Below are positions 63,658-64,000 of a DNA stretch of 64,000 bases, one piece after another. The stretch is from NCBI GenBank assembly GCA_964016885.1, contig OZ024745.1:115320001-115384000 (forward strand). Reading direction: 5' to 3'. Positions within the stretch are counted from its first letter, which is position 1, and every line of letters begins with the position of its first letter. Position numbers and translations under genes: made by a program. Source of the stretch: Eledone cirrhosa. Lineage: Eukaryota. The notes beneath the pieces were generated by a model. That model had not been told where the DNA came from and made no database searches. It was given only the letters and a program-made list of their open reading frames with translations.

Positions 63658-64000
63658 CCTCAAGTTTGGACTAAAATTTCTACAGTGATCACCACCAGAA
63701 ATCAATTCAAAAATGGCTAAGAATCATCACGTGGCTAGTGGTCAAATTAGAAGGTTGCGAATGGTGGCCAGGCGGCAAGTAGGCTGGCTGCTAGAAAGCG
63801 CAGCCAGATACTGCCTAAAGTGTTACTCTGCCGTACGGAAGTATATATTAAATTCATAGGGATATATGTATATATTTAGACATATATTTAGACATAGTCA
63901 CTGATGCATATGTATATTTATATAAATATATTTATATTTATATATATATATTTATATATATATATATATTTATATATATATGTATATTTATATTTATATA

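Overview
AT-rich, repeat-saturated eukaryotic non-coding DNA with no supportable host exon. The dense (TA)n/(CA)n/(GA)n tracts and the Nin/Deu-core tRNA-SINE suggest a coleoid cephalopod such as Octopus, which is an inference. Most ORF-track entries are microsatellite artefacts. The real coding remnants are retroelements: a near full-length Penelope-like element (PLE; RT plus GIY-YIG, 42.4-46.1 kb), several truncated or inverted PLEs, R4/Dong-type RLE LINE ends in (TAA)n and (ACAT)n, Tx1/L1-like, RTE and CR1-like fragments. SINEs, hAT and pogo MITEs and Helitron-like pieces are also present. The main unannotated signal, found by hand-folding, is about 20 type-I hammerhead ribozyme (HHR) motifs of many unrelated sequences, mostly inside elements inserted in (TA)n. 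They include long-stem-II variants, a compensatory U3:A8 core, a ~290-nt retrozyme-like tandem unit, and short snap-back palindromes whose symmetry axis falls in the ribozyme itself. All folds and family assignments are by eye and need computational or experimental confirmation.
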